The notes under the pieces are model-generated. The model was given only the letters and a program-made list of their open reading frames with translations, had not been told where the DNA came from and ran no database searches. Positions 1 to 12,358 of a DNA stretch of 64,000 bases are shown one piece after another. The position numbers and the translations under genes are program-made. Source of the stretch: Bugula neritina (lineage: Eukaryota > Animalia > Bryozoa); assembly GCA_964035545.1 (NCBI GenBank), contig OZ037766.1, positions 22,432,767-22,496,766 of the forward strand. Direction: 5' to 3'. Every line of letters begins with the position of its first letter. The stretch's first letter is position 1.

Positions 1-152
1 TACTAAATATAACAAGTAATACAGTTTTTATGTGTAAATTTATTGTCCAGGTAATTATATGTCTAAGCTAGGCTACAAAAACATTATTCACTGATTTCTT
101 ACTTAATTATTTTACAGCAAGATTACTGAACAACCGATTAGACATTTTCACG

Positions 153-167
153 ATGAGAAATGAGTGA
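153..167 (+). promoter_or_regulatory. 4-codon uORF (M-R-N-E-stop) overlapping the ANAPC13 start codon
   Basis: ATG AGA AAT GAG TGA at 153-167; the ANAPC13 ATG (160-162) lies inside it in another frame. Presence is direct; function is inferred. Confidence 0.55.
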
Positions 168-393
168 CAGCCAGTGCAGAAGTTTAAGACATCTAATCGA
201 CATTGTAGATCCACGTTGGAAAAGTGAAACTTTGCCGTTTGAAGACATTGCTGTGCCCCACACTGAACTTCCTGACCCTGAGCCCGACTCAAACGGACAG
301 CCAACCGAAACTCTTTCCGAGCAGGAAAGAAAGTGGTCAGATTTGGCTCTGCAACTACTTAATCAACACATCACATCTTCAACTTCTAATTAA
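160..393 (+). CDS. ANAPC13: Anaphase-promoting complex subunit 13 (77 aa, single coding exon)
   Basis: MSDSQCRSLRHLIDIVDPRWKSETLPFEDIAVPHTELPDPEPD...EQERKWSDLAL aligns over its full length with the recalled APC13 pattern (MDS..R...lDliD..W..d.LP.EDvaiP..ELPepE....E.E.kW.DLaL); the size fits the family. Confidence 0.93.
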   Translation: MSDSQCRSLRHLIDIVDPRWKSETLPFEDIAVPHTELPDPEPDSNGQPTETLSEQERKWSDLALQLLNQHITSSTSN

Positions 394-418
394 CTTGTGA
401 ACTATACTTAAAGACACC

Positions 419-3087
419 ATGGGTAAAGGATTCCATAATTACATGTCAAAGAAGTTTTTCCATCCTGGCAGCTTCGAAAATATAAAAAAAGTATGGATGG
501 CTCAACAAAAAGATGAACACAAGAAGCGTTCTGAAGAGGAGACTCTTGCTCAATATCAGAAGGAGCAAGAGATATATCAGGTATGAGAAAATTATATTTT
601 TTTGCGGTTTGTGTTTTAAACTTGCTGAGCCAAGTTAATGAATGCTTAGGCTCTTTTTGGGTCGTTTGTTGATAAATGTATAAACTAGTTAGCCTCAATT
701 TAAGATTGACGATGTATATCTTCTCGTTTCTTTAGAACAGAGCCTTGTTGGGTGATGAAAAAGCTAAGTTAGGATTAAACTTCATGTATGACCCACCGCA
801 AGGTGTTAAGAGAGATCGTGAGAAGGAAGAGAACGAACCAGAGTACAAGTTTGAATGGCAAAGACAATATAATGCTCCGAGAGAAAACTATGCCAAAGGT
901 AAGCAAGTATAATATACCACTAATAGTTGCTATAACCTTTATCTTTTTACTGTGAGTTGAACATGACAATGTAACGGCATACGTGCAGCACACATTGCAG
1001 ATGTTTTACACAACTACTTGAGACTTGTGCATGAGCATAGTTGTTGTGTTAATAGAAATTCACATTTCAATAGTTTCAAGCAATTGAACAAACAATTATC
1101 TTTTATGCTTGCATCATTGCTGAGCAGCTACAGTTTTTTTAATTGGACGATAGAGTTGTATTCTTTGCTGTGCTTTGAATTGAATATTTTTTACAGTTCA
1201 GCAAAAACAAGTATGCGTGACGAAGTGCATACTTTCAAGTGAATTATGTTACAGGTGATGACACTGTACGAGATCAGCCCTTTGGCATAGAAGTTAGGAA
1301 TGTGAGATGCCTAAAGTGTAGGAAATGGGGCCACATCAACACAGACAAAATCTGCCCCCTCTTTGGCAGCTCTATTACAGCTGAGCCACCACCAGCTGCT
1401 GGGAGTAACCCTGGTGAGTTGATGGAGCAGATGGCTGAGGAGGGATTAGCTTTCACTAAGAAAGTGATGAGTAGACAGAATGACCCAAGTGCTGCCAACC
1501 AGCAGCTAGTGCATGCTGAGGCTGACGCTGACGAAGAAGTAGGTCAACTTCTTGTATGAGTTTTTATTTTTCAAATTTTATTTTTGAGACAAAATATCTG
1601 TCAGGATAACATAGCTTCCATTATCTATCTTTACCACTTGTTGTCATTGTGCTGTAATTTCATGTATTTTACGAGCACAAAACCTACTAATAATGGAGGA
1701 TTGTTTTATAACAATTCTAAACTTAACAATTGCAGATTGCCTTCTTTCTCAGTCTATCAAGGAAAGAAAAAAAGAAACTGATTAAAAAATTAGAAAAGGA
1801 AAAGAAAAAAAGAAAGAAGGCTAGGAGACGAGAAAGAAAGATTAAGGGAGCAGCTTTCAGAGAAAAACAGGAAAATGAAATTGGTGGAGCTACTAAGCCC
1901 GTGGAAGAGGCTGCTGGAAAAGGTAAATATTGTACTGTTCATTCATCATTTCAGTTCTCAGTAATGTGGTAGTTTTCTAATATTTCTTTGTATGCTTCAA
2001 CATAAAATGCTTTTTGTGACTCTCCACTTGAAATCTTGAAGTTCAATCAATTCCTACTAAACTTCCCATTTGTTTACAATTTTTTTTCATTTGGTTTGGA
2101 TTTACTGACCCAATTGTTAAATACGTGAAATTTTTGCTCAAGAAACTAAACTCAAGAGCTAATTAGTAACTTCTCAATTTATATAATTGTTGAAATTGAC
2201 AATTATCGTCTTGGTGCTATTCTGAATTGAGTTATTTTTTGTTGTGCCAATTTGCTGCTTACTTAGAATTTCTATTATTTATTGATGAACCTACAGTTGT
2301 TTCTTTCTTGGAAATTGAGACAAAAAGTATTTTATAAACCTTAACAAAAGGACAAATCTATATTTGCGCATGGTGTTAGCTATTAATTTATTAAACTTTA
2401 AAGGGAAAACTTTACTAGACTAATTAAAAAGTTCCTTTATTTGGTCAAAATTACCTGTAGCTTGATTTGATGCCGCTAAGTTACACACCATGCAATTTAC
2501 TGTAGGCAACTTGTTAATACAATATTTCATTTTATAAAGTGATGTTATGTTATTTTATAGAGCGGAGTCATAGTAAAAGGAAACTCCCTATAGGTGAGAG
2601 AGATAATGGAGCGAAGCACAAACAGTCGAGAAAAAGTATAGGCAGGTCACCTGATGAAAGAAATGAAAACAACTCACCTGTAAGAAGGAAAAGGAATGAA
2701 AGCAGGTCACCTGGTAGAAGGGACAGGGAGAAGAGCAAGTCACCTGTACGAAGGGAAAGGAATGAAAGCAGGTCACCTGGTAGAAGGGACAGAGAGAAGA
2801 GCAGGTCACCTGTGAGAAGGAAAAGGAATGAGAGCAGGTCACCTGGTAGAAGGGACAGGGAGAAGAGCAGGTCACCTGTGAGAAGGAAAAGGGATGAGGG
2901 CAGGTCACCTGGTAGAAGGGACAGGGAGAAGAGCAGGTCACCTGTAAGAAGAAAAAGGGATGAGAGCAGGTCACCTGTAAGAAGAAAAAGGCATGAGAGC
3001 AGGTCACCTGTAAGAAGGGAAAGGAATGAGAGCAGGTCACCTGGTAGAAGGAAAAGGAATGAGAGCAGATCACCTGGTAGAAGGTGA
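419..3087 (+). CDS. CIR1: Corepressor interacting with RBPJ 1 (CIR1), about 440 aa, 5 exons
   Basis: Exons 419-580, 736-898, 1255-1538, 1736-1922, 2561-3087, all GT-AG and phase-consistent (1323 nt). N-terminus [31 protein letters not shown] (Cir_N), [40 protein letters not shown] zinc knuckle, Lys-rich and RS-rich tail. Strong start context ACCATGG; AATAAA at 3209. Confidence 0.93.
2641..3084 (+). repeat. Coding minisatellite, about 13 x 33 nt with 66-nt higher-order alternation, encoding the RS domain
   Basis: Recurrent agcaggtcacctg(g/t) core every 33 nt; peptide units [11 protein letters not shown] and [11 protein letters not shown]. Confidence 0.95.
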
Positions 3088-4419
3088 TGGACAACAATGC
3101 AGCTAGCTTAAGAAATAAGCACACAGTTTTACCTTTTATTTAAGACAGTTAAATGTAACCCGATCTAAATGCTATTTAGGTAACTCATCTATATTTTTAA
3201 TTGCTGTAAATAAATTTATAATCTTTTCATGTGGAAATGAAACCAAATGTGAATTAAATTAATGTATCAATTTTATAAACTCATTTGCTTTCTGTAAAAA
3301 AAATATAATGCTGTTAATGAGTGCTGTCAGATTAAAAAGAAAATAGTGTTTTATTTTCCGGAGGGTAGATATTGCATAGCGGCATAAGTGAGTCATAACA
3401 CAACATATTAAGAATAATATAAATTTGTAACATATATTATAACAATTATGTTAATATGGTTGCATCAGGGTTCACACATCTGCACTATAATTGAGATTTG
3501 GAATGGTATTTTTCTTTCCACACGTAAGAAATGTGCTTGTACATACAAGATTACGTTAATATATAATTGTCTTGTATTGATGAGTAAAAAGCGAAGAAAC
3601 CAGTAAAAAAAAGGTTAAGTGATGATAAGAATACACCCAAATATTATAGTAAGAATTTAGCTGTGAATCATCAAAATTACTTGAAAAAGTTGAGAGTTGT
3701 TGGCAAACACATTGTATGTCGTGTAATGCAGCAAAGTATTGTGGTTAGGGACAAAACTTTAGTAGAAATGGTCAGAAAAGTCACTGAAGCTTTGCTAATG
3801 TGCCTTAAGTTTATAATTCTATGTCTACGTACAGTAAAATATTGCACAATGTTGTAAAGCAACATAAAAGAATAGTCAATGTAGGCCTACCACTGTAAAT
3901 ACTCTTACAATTAATATATAGATTGTATTTTGTTTAACTCTTACTTCTATTATTTACAAGTGCGTGAGCTAGTTTTTGCCAACACTGATGCAACACATTG
4001 TCAAGTGTGCAGCATCAGACACACATGTATTTCAGGTAGCTATAGTGTAATACTAGTATTGCATGATTAAAATTTTGATTATAATTCAATATTTGTGTGT
4101 GAAGAGCTACATAAATTTTCTGTGGTTTGTAAGTTGTCAGCATAGCTAACACAACATAATTTAAGGATTGCTGATAATTAAATTATTAAATATTGGTTTG
4201 GTTTCAATATTGTAATACTTTATTGTTATTTTTTACACTATCCATAATTGAATAAACCTTATATGTACGTTATATACAAAGTATAATATATAATTTATTT
4301 TCAGTACAAAAACAATTTCTTGTTTCAGCTTCTTTCTTTTACTTTTTCATTTAATAACAGCGCTATCAGTCCCATGCATGTACTTGTTTCTCTCTAAAAG
4401 CTACCCCTCCATATTTTAT

Positions 4420-5972
4420 TTATTTATTCTCTTCCTCTAACCATTTAAGTAGCTTCTTTTTTTCTTTCGTTGACAGATTGCGGAAGAAGGCAATCTGCAA
4501 TTGTCAAGTTTGTAATTGTTATAAAACAACCCATTATTAGTAGGTTTTGTGCTCATAAATACATGAAATTACAGCATATTGGTAACTAAATGGTAAAGGT
4601 AGATGAAAGCTATGTTATTCTATCTTGTCCCAAACATAAGATTTGAAATATAAAAACTCATACAAGGAGTTGACCTACTTCTTCGTCAGCGTCAGCCTCA
4701 GCATGCACTAGCTGCTGGTTGGCAGCACTTGGGTCATTCTGTCTACTCATCACTTTGTTGGTAAAAACCAATCCTTCCTCTGCCATCTGCTCCATCAACT
4801 CACCAGGGTTACTCCCGGCAGCTGGTGGTGGCTCAGCTGTAATAGAGCTGCCAAAGAGGGGGCAAATTTTGTCTGTGGTAATGTGGCCCCACTGCCTACA
4901 CTTTAGGCACCTCACATTTCTAACATCTATGCCAAAGGGCTGACCTTGTACAGTGTCATCACCTAAAACATAGTACACTTGAAGGTATGCACTTAAACTT
5001 TAGATGTACTTTTAAAAAATAATAAAACAAAAAAATTCAACCCAAAGCTTGGCAAAAAATATCACTAAATAAACTACATGTGGTAGTTACATTATACTTC
5101 ATTATGTTCTATAAAAGACCTAGTTCTTAATTAACATCCAAAACAAGTCTAACAGCTATTTACATGTTCTATTTCCAATTAAACATCAACTAGTTATTTG
5201 TGTATTATACTTGCTTACCTACAGCGTAGTCCCCTCTGGAAACATTACATAGTATTATATCTTCCTGCTTCCAGTGACAGCCTTTCTTAACATCTTTTGG
5301 TGAATCAGATACGAAGTTCAATCCTAGCTTGGCTTTCCCATCGCCTAACAAGGCTTTATTCTAAAAGTATACATGTTTACATTTGCTACTAATATGGGAA
5401 GTAACTGTGAATTTAAGGGGAAACTCCAGAACATGAAATACGCTGTTTAAAGCTAGACTGATAATAATTACTTCAAAATATTTTACTACTGAAGCTATCC
5501 TACACCTAATCCTTCTTAGCTAATTAATCAGTGCAGTAGCATTCACTGGTTATACAATAAGGTCTATTAACCCACTATCGCCCGGGGTTACTCCACTAGT
5601 ATTAGGCAATTTGAATCGTCACAAAATAGTCAGATTGAACATCAACCATTTTAAATCAAGTCTAACTAGTTTATGCATTCATCAAAATATCAATCTCTTT
5701 GCAGTTCAACAACTAATCAACAAAAATGATGACTCAAGAAATCTAAAACTTCTATAAAATCAATTTTGCAAGTTTAAATAATAATCCACAAGGAATATTG
5801 AAGATTCTTTTACCTCATATATCTCTTGTCTTCTGTTATATTGATTAAGAGCTTTCCCTAAACTTTTCCTATATCCCTTTCTTTTTTGAGCTATCCATAC
5901 TTTCTTTACGTCTTTGAAACTGCTAGGACGAGAAAACTTCTTGACCACGTAGCTATCGTATTCTTTGCCCAT
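4420..5972 (-). CDS. Inverted CIR1 paralog, truncated (about 219 aa, lacks RS domain); may be a pseudogene
   Basis: Minus-strand exons 5972-5814, 5360-5219, 4962-4679, 4494-4420, with the same intron positions and phases as CIR1 and intact GT-AG sites. The frame is open to a TAA after ...LLKWLEEENK, and homology to CIR1 exon 4 continues past that stop. Confidence 0.75.
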
Positions 5973-6159
5973 GGTGTCTTTATGTATGTCTTTCGGCGAA
6001 AATTGAATGTTAAAGGCGGTAAGCTTCCAGGTTATTTATTACATTTGAGCAAAAGTTTGCATGCTTTTCAACTGTTTTATCAGCATTTTATCCAATTTCT
6101 TATACGAAAATACTACAAAAATGTAAGTAAAAGTGGTCATATTAGGTGTCTTGGACTTG

Positions 6160-6370
6160 CCCAGACTTGCCCGCGAGCGTGCCCTCCGTGTCCTATTCTG
6201 ACGTGGGGATGGCAAAATAGCCCTATTGTAGCGTGAGTTTATATCGCGTAAAGTTATTAAGAAGCGGGTTTGTCACAGATTCTCGTTATTCGTAGTTCAA
6301 ATCACATGAATGTTACTCTTCGGGCGGCTACTAATAACTAACGTTAGCTACGCAACATCAAGAAAGGTAA
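6160..6370. promoter_or_regulatory. CpG-enriched promoter-like segment upstream of the CIR1 paralog
   Basis: Local cluster of CG dinucleotides in otherwise CpG-poor DNA, immediately 5' of the paralog ATG; a plus-strand donor-like AAG|GTAACT lies at about 6366. Confidence 0.35.
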
Positions 6371-6599
6371 CTAATTTGACTGTTTTCAAATAGACAATTC
6401 CATTTTGCTAGTTTGTAACTATCTGTAAATCACAAAATAATTATTTTCCCTATTTTAATTTCAATTATCATGTCGACCACACTACCAGAAAATTACTCTT
6501 AAATATGCAGTAAATGATGATTTTCAACCGTTTTGTGATGAATTATAGGTTAGTAGTTGTCTACGTAAAACCAAGTTTTAAAATTTGTAACTGAATCAG

Positions 6600-7330
6600 T
6601 GAAACTGAATCACAGTATGAGTATCAGTATGAGTATCACTAGTCTATGTCTATGACTCTCACTCTAACTCTAAGTCTATGACTATCGCCTATTGGTGAAC
6701 TATTATTAATAATATTCAATGGTTATATTTATTAACACTATTATTAGTCATAATGATAATCATATGGCAGTATCAGTTTCGAAACTAATACTTATAATAT
6801 TAGTTATAACTATAAGTATAGGTTATACCGATAGCTATATTTATATTAATATAAATATTTATATTCATAGTAATACTAATAACAAATGTAATATTATTAT
6901 GTTAATCGTTATACTTGTAAGTTATAATATAAAGCAAACGACACAAGTATTAATTTGAACTGCTGGTCTTAAAATAAAAAGTAAAATAAATAATAATATA
7001 AATAATAAAATATAAATTATAATAATTTAATTATACTAATACTAATAGCAATACTTATACAGTAATATAATTAGAATAAATTTATAAAACTTAAACAACT
7101 TTAAATTTAAGGAACAACTTTAAATACAAACAAAGATAATATTAAATAATTATAATCATAATGATCATAACAATAAATATAATTATGATTCCAATAATTA
7201 TCAATATATTATGTAATATTTAAATTATTTTAATCTATAATTATAATCATAATTTTTATAGTTATAGTGAATAAATTCAATTTGACATAATAACTATAAT
7301 ATTATAAAGCAGTCAGCCTATCTCTAATGC
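6600..7330. repeat. AT-rich low-complexity tract
   Basis: Degenerate agtatg/taa/tat short repeats. Confidence 0.7.
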
Positions 7331-8778
7331 TGATTGATATTCAGATTGTTATGACTGTATCATTATTCACTAACTCTAAGAGTAAGTGGCTACAATTATT
7401 AGTATCAATGTTGTGTTAGAGTACTATACCTATTGGAATTTTGATATATCCATTATATTTACAACTCTGCCTGTTACAGCTATTAATAAATTGAACCAAA
7501 ATACCAACAGTGCCTAATAATCGCCTTATTTATAAAATAATCACAATCATAATGCTCAAGTTAATAGATTGGAAATTATTGAAAATTATGTTGTTGCCAA
7601 TATAAATATGACATTGTATGCATCCAAGTAGTGATGTTGTAATATATCTTGGAAGATAATTACATTATAATAAGAGTTAAATTCCTCTAAGTAACTTTTT
7701 TTGCAATTATTCCTTAGAATAACTATAACTTATACTCCTAACATTTAATAGCGCATTAGTTTTAGATTGAGCTACTAATTGTATTTATTGCATGTGAAAG
7801 TTAGTTATTCTCCGCCAGCTGCATGAATGTGACTGGTAAATTTTGTAACCTTTGGCAGTAATAACTTTGTAGCATAAATTAGACAAATTTTTATGAAAAT
7901 ACATAATTTTAATGCTATAGCTGCTAGTAATTTTAATGGGTGTAATAATATTACTTTCACCAGCATTAATTTTTACTTTGTTCATGCTTCATAAAGCATT
8001 TTCTAAATTCTTTTTTGAATAAATATATGTATATAATGTGCTGAATAGATTACATATGTTGGGGTTCTTCCTATACTGCAGCTCAGCCTACACTCCCCGC
8101 CACAAATGTTCCTAAACTACTAGCTTCATCAGGATACAGATTGATGGAGCTGTATTGATAAAAACTTCTCTTTTAGCAGTAGAGGCATCATAAAAAAAAG
8201 GCAAGTATTTTACTCAATAAGAATGCGGTTTTTTACTTCTACAAATTTGATAGCCTACACGATTCTATTTAAATGGAAACTGGTCTGACATAATGTGTCT
8301 GCAATTTATTAGTTATAATATAGTAAATACTATGCGGGTCTATAGATCAAATGGCTCAAAAAAAATTAAATAAAACATTACACAATGCTGTATTTATTAG
8401 CAATGTAATACTTAGCAAGTAATTTCACATTATTATTGTTTGCAAAGTTTCATATATCTACATATGTTTGTTCAATTCAGTGTTCTGAAGTAGAAGGTTC
8501 CAACAGCAGGGAAAAGCCTTGAACAAGATATTATGTTCTACATCTCCAACTCATTTTAACTTTGCTGGTCAGTTCATTGTGTATCTGGAGCATAGTTTTG
8601 TATTTTCAAGTAGTCCATCAGATACCTTTGTAGATAGTAAAGATTAAAATGCTTGTGCAATGATGTCCATAATGTTGAACCGATTTATTGAAACTAAAAC
8701 TGTTCTTAATTATAACAAAACTTGACAATCTTTACGTAAAGAATAATGTCCTATAATCTATCTTCATTGTAAACAAAA

Positions 8779-9379
8779 TTAGAAAGTTCCACACCAGCAA
8801 ATTGTTTATCATCATCTGTAGGTGGAAGACGCGTGCACTCAGTTTTAAAGGCAAGCTGGCAGTGGTTTTCTTTGCCTTCTATGAAGATTTGGAAAGAGCC
8901 AGAAAATTAATACTCTATAACTGCAAAACCATGTTGTAGTGTCTTGTGTTATTGATTGAATCGTCTAAAAGAAAAATTGTTGTATCATTATAATTTTACT
9001 GTTGATGAATTAGCAAATCTACTTATCTTGGTAAATATATTCAAGAACAAATACTATAGTGTAACTCAGTTTTGGTTATGTGCATGCTCCTTAAGTGAAT
9101 TTACAGCAGATATCAAACTATATATTAGAGACTGATATAGGAATTAAATTTAAGCTAACCATGATGATGTAAATAGCTGTTGTATGTGACTTCGAGAACT
9201 CTGCTGGCCATGTCAGTTCAAATACACCAGGGTGATCTGTTACGAATTTCATGTCATTATTGAAATTCAGCTTTTTCAAGTGCCTCTTCACAACTCTGGC
9301 AGCATTCTGACTGCTACTTAGCTTTCTGCGCCTGAAATTTCTTCTACTTGCACCATTCTTCTATTGGTGGAATGTTAGC
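8779..9379 (-). pseudogene. Decayed P2X7 C-terminal (ballast)-like Cys-rich domain sequence, probably transposon-derived
   Basis: Minus-strand fragments with stops and frameshifts: EEWCK, SECCQSCEE, FVTDHPG (exon from 9379) and WFCSYRVLIFWLFPNLHRRQRKPLPACL (exon from 8964), resembling the recalled WCxC..ECxCC..CIT.HPGF and YR....W....L....R.PLP.C pattern. Confidence 0.55.
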
Positions 9380-10089
9380 CTATAACAAACAGGTGTACCA
9401 AAGCTAAAAAAATATCTAATTCACTGCACTAGGATATTATTCAACTCATTTAAATTTAATATATAGCAGTAAAACAATCACATAATTGTTTTTATTTTAT
9501 CAGCTTTACTTTACAAAGCTGAACCATATAATTTAGTAACTTGTCACCATAATAAACTTTGTACAACATACAAATTGAAAACCTGATGTGATTGCTTTTT
9601 TAATAGAATATACATCAAAAACATGTTACTTTGATAAGCGTGTTTATAATAAAAGTATTAAACCAGTTAAAAAAAATTATTTTGTTATATAAGGGATCAC
9701 AAAACTACATCATTTTAGACCTGTAGCTCAATGTTCCTCAAGCAACGGGCTGCTATGACTAATTAATTTTCTATCATTGCATTTGATTGTTCTACTCATA
9801 GTGTATTGGCGAGTTAAAATTATTGGTAATTTAATGTATATTTTAGCTACCTCTGTACAATCAATGTCATAGTAATATCAATTAGGTTTTAAATTTCACT
9901 GAGTTTATAGTAAATTACTGCAACCGTTACATAACATTTGGCTAGTTCTCTAGTTCATTAAATAACCATACGAACTTAAATTTACAACATGAAAAAAACA
10001 CACAAAGCAAAATCAAAATAAGCATATTATGAACCAATGTAATTGATAAGCGATAATGCTGTTATATAACATAAATTATCAAATTGAAA

Positions 10090-10560
10090 TAGTTATTATT
10101 ACTATTAGTATTACTATCATTATAACAACTATAATTATTATTAGTATTACTATTACTATTAGTATTAGCATTAGTAGTAAAAAATGAGTCGAGTTCAACA
10201 TAATATACAATCTAGCTTACTATAAAAGTAGAAGTAGAACTTTTAAAACTATCATCTGCATCATTATCAGAACTATGAGTAATACTAGTAGTTGTACTAA
10301 TAGTAATACTAATTATTAATAGTAATAGTATCACTATGAGTATGAGACTTGGGCTGGCAGTGATTATCACGATCAGTATCAACATCGTCATAGTCAAAAG
10401 TTACAAGAATAGAAGCCATATTCATATTGATATTCTCATTGAGTTATGCATAGTCATATTCATAGTAATACTAATAGTCAATCACTGATTGAGTTTATGT
10501 CATAGTGATACTCATACTCATAATTAATTTATACGATACTCATACTCATAGTGATACTTC
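10090..10560. repeat. Low-complexity tract (tag/tac/ctcata-type short repeats)
   Basis: Degenerate tri- and hexanucleotide repeats. Confidence 0.65.
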
Positions 10561-12358
10561 ACCGTGAATTTAATAATAATTTCAATTTAATATTATCATT
10601 GTTGCTAATATTATGTCTTACTCTTAGTCTAACAGCAGCTCTATGAAGAAGTTAAACATAACTGATAACAAAACAAATTAAAAAAATAATACTGCAACAA
10701 TCAATATAATGTATATCAATATGCTAGCAACCTAATTTTCAGCTCACTTCATTAACTTTCCGTGCAGTATTGTGAATTGTGATAAAATAAATTTATTAAT
10801 GGTGACCTTGACATCTTCGTCCAAATGCCTTTCACGTCAAGCCCCGAACCAATTTGTAAAAATTTTGGATTTTTTACTTTTGATTATTTTTTACGAAAAG
10901 AGCTTCAAAATAAATTTAAAAAAAAGTGAGCTGTTGTCCACATGAAAAGAAATATATGAGCTAATTTTCTAAATTCAGGAAGTTACCAGAGGGTCACAAT
11001 ATTTTTTTAAAAAAATCTTTATTTTCACGACAAGCTCTATATATTAATATAGAAAAATAGAAGACAACTCTTTTTTCAGATTTTTCATGTGCCACGGTCA
11101 CGTCAATATCAGTGCTATTAACACATATATTTTAATTCATTTTTTCTGGTATATTGAGTTGAGATTTTTTGTATATATTTTGTGAATGCAACTAAAAAAG
11201 TATGATCTTTTAATTAACAGTAATTGATTTTATCAAAATAACCTGGATGCCTACGATGTTTAAAGCAGCTAATTTAGTAGTTGACTGAATCTAGTGAGAA
11301 ACGCGGCTGTATTTATAGTTACGAAAGCATGAACTTCAATTTGATTGGATAAAGTAAAACTAGGTTAACTACTCAGAACCGGGCGCCTCAGAGCTACAAA
11401 CATTAAATTACGAAAATATTATGAAATGCATTTGATTGGCTAACATAAAATTATGTCAACTACTGCAATCAGCCTATAGTATAATATTGAATATATCATA
11501 ATATGCAAAACAAATTACGAGTAAGTTATTCAAAAATTTCTCTAACTCACCCACGAATTTTAAACAACAAGCCATGAACTCATAATTTAGAAATAATATA
11601 TGTTGACCTTTATGTACATGTGTTTTAATAGAGATGGTTTTAAAGCAATCCTATTTCTATAAACTACATATTAACATTAATGCATTTTACATTTCAACTT
11701 TTTCTTTTTTTTAAATGTTAAAACATGTTATAAACTACTATAATGGTAAACTAATAAACAAATTAAACAGTATCAGCCTTACAGTAGTCTGAAGCCTTAT
11801 CCTTAGATTTTATTTTATAGAAAACTGTTTTCTCATTTTATTACATTTATCAATATTTATGTTTTTAATTTACTAGTTATCTCCTCTGTTATTTAGTTTA
11901 TCTATTAATTTGCTACTTTAGGTAGACAAGATTATTATAGTTTAAAATTGCACCAGCAGTTATAAAATATACAAGGCCAAGCTTTGTTCATGTAAAATAA
12001 TCTGGCAAATTTGGTCAATTCAAATAAAATTAATCATGCAATTAGTGTTTTTTGCTAACCAGCTTATATAAATGATTATTCAGGGTATATATGAGGTATA
12101 ACAGGAAAATTAATAGCTTTCTAGCTTATTATTCATAGCTTACAGGTTTACAAAGCTTAAAAGATTATTTATATATTATATAGCAAAACAAGTTTTACCG
12201 GCTATAATTTAAATTAAATTTTAAAATCAAAATTATTATAATTTAGTAACTTTTGAACATAATAGATAAATTTTGATAAATAAAATTTGATAAACTGCAT
12301 GCAGTCAGAAAACTATAATAATTAATACCAGCAGAGAAACTAAAATATTATATAATTA

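Noticed and set aside
160-580. ANAPC13-CIR1 fusion protein by stop read-through
   Set aside because: The 25-nt spacer puts CIR1 in a different frame, and an in-frame TAA follows at 409-411.
2641-3084. Regularly spaced repeats superficially like a CRISPR array
   Set aside because: Tandem coding repeats without unique spacers, eukaryotic context, no cas genes.
2588-3124. 178-aa minus-strand ORF with QVTC repeats
   Set aside because: Antisense shadow of the CIR1 RS minisatellite.
10797-11105. Possible Kolobok-like MITE (ggtgaccttgac / gccacggtcac)
   Set aside because: Terminal match too short and degenerate; TSD unconvincing.
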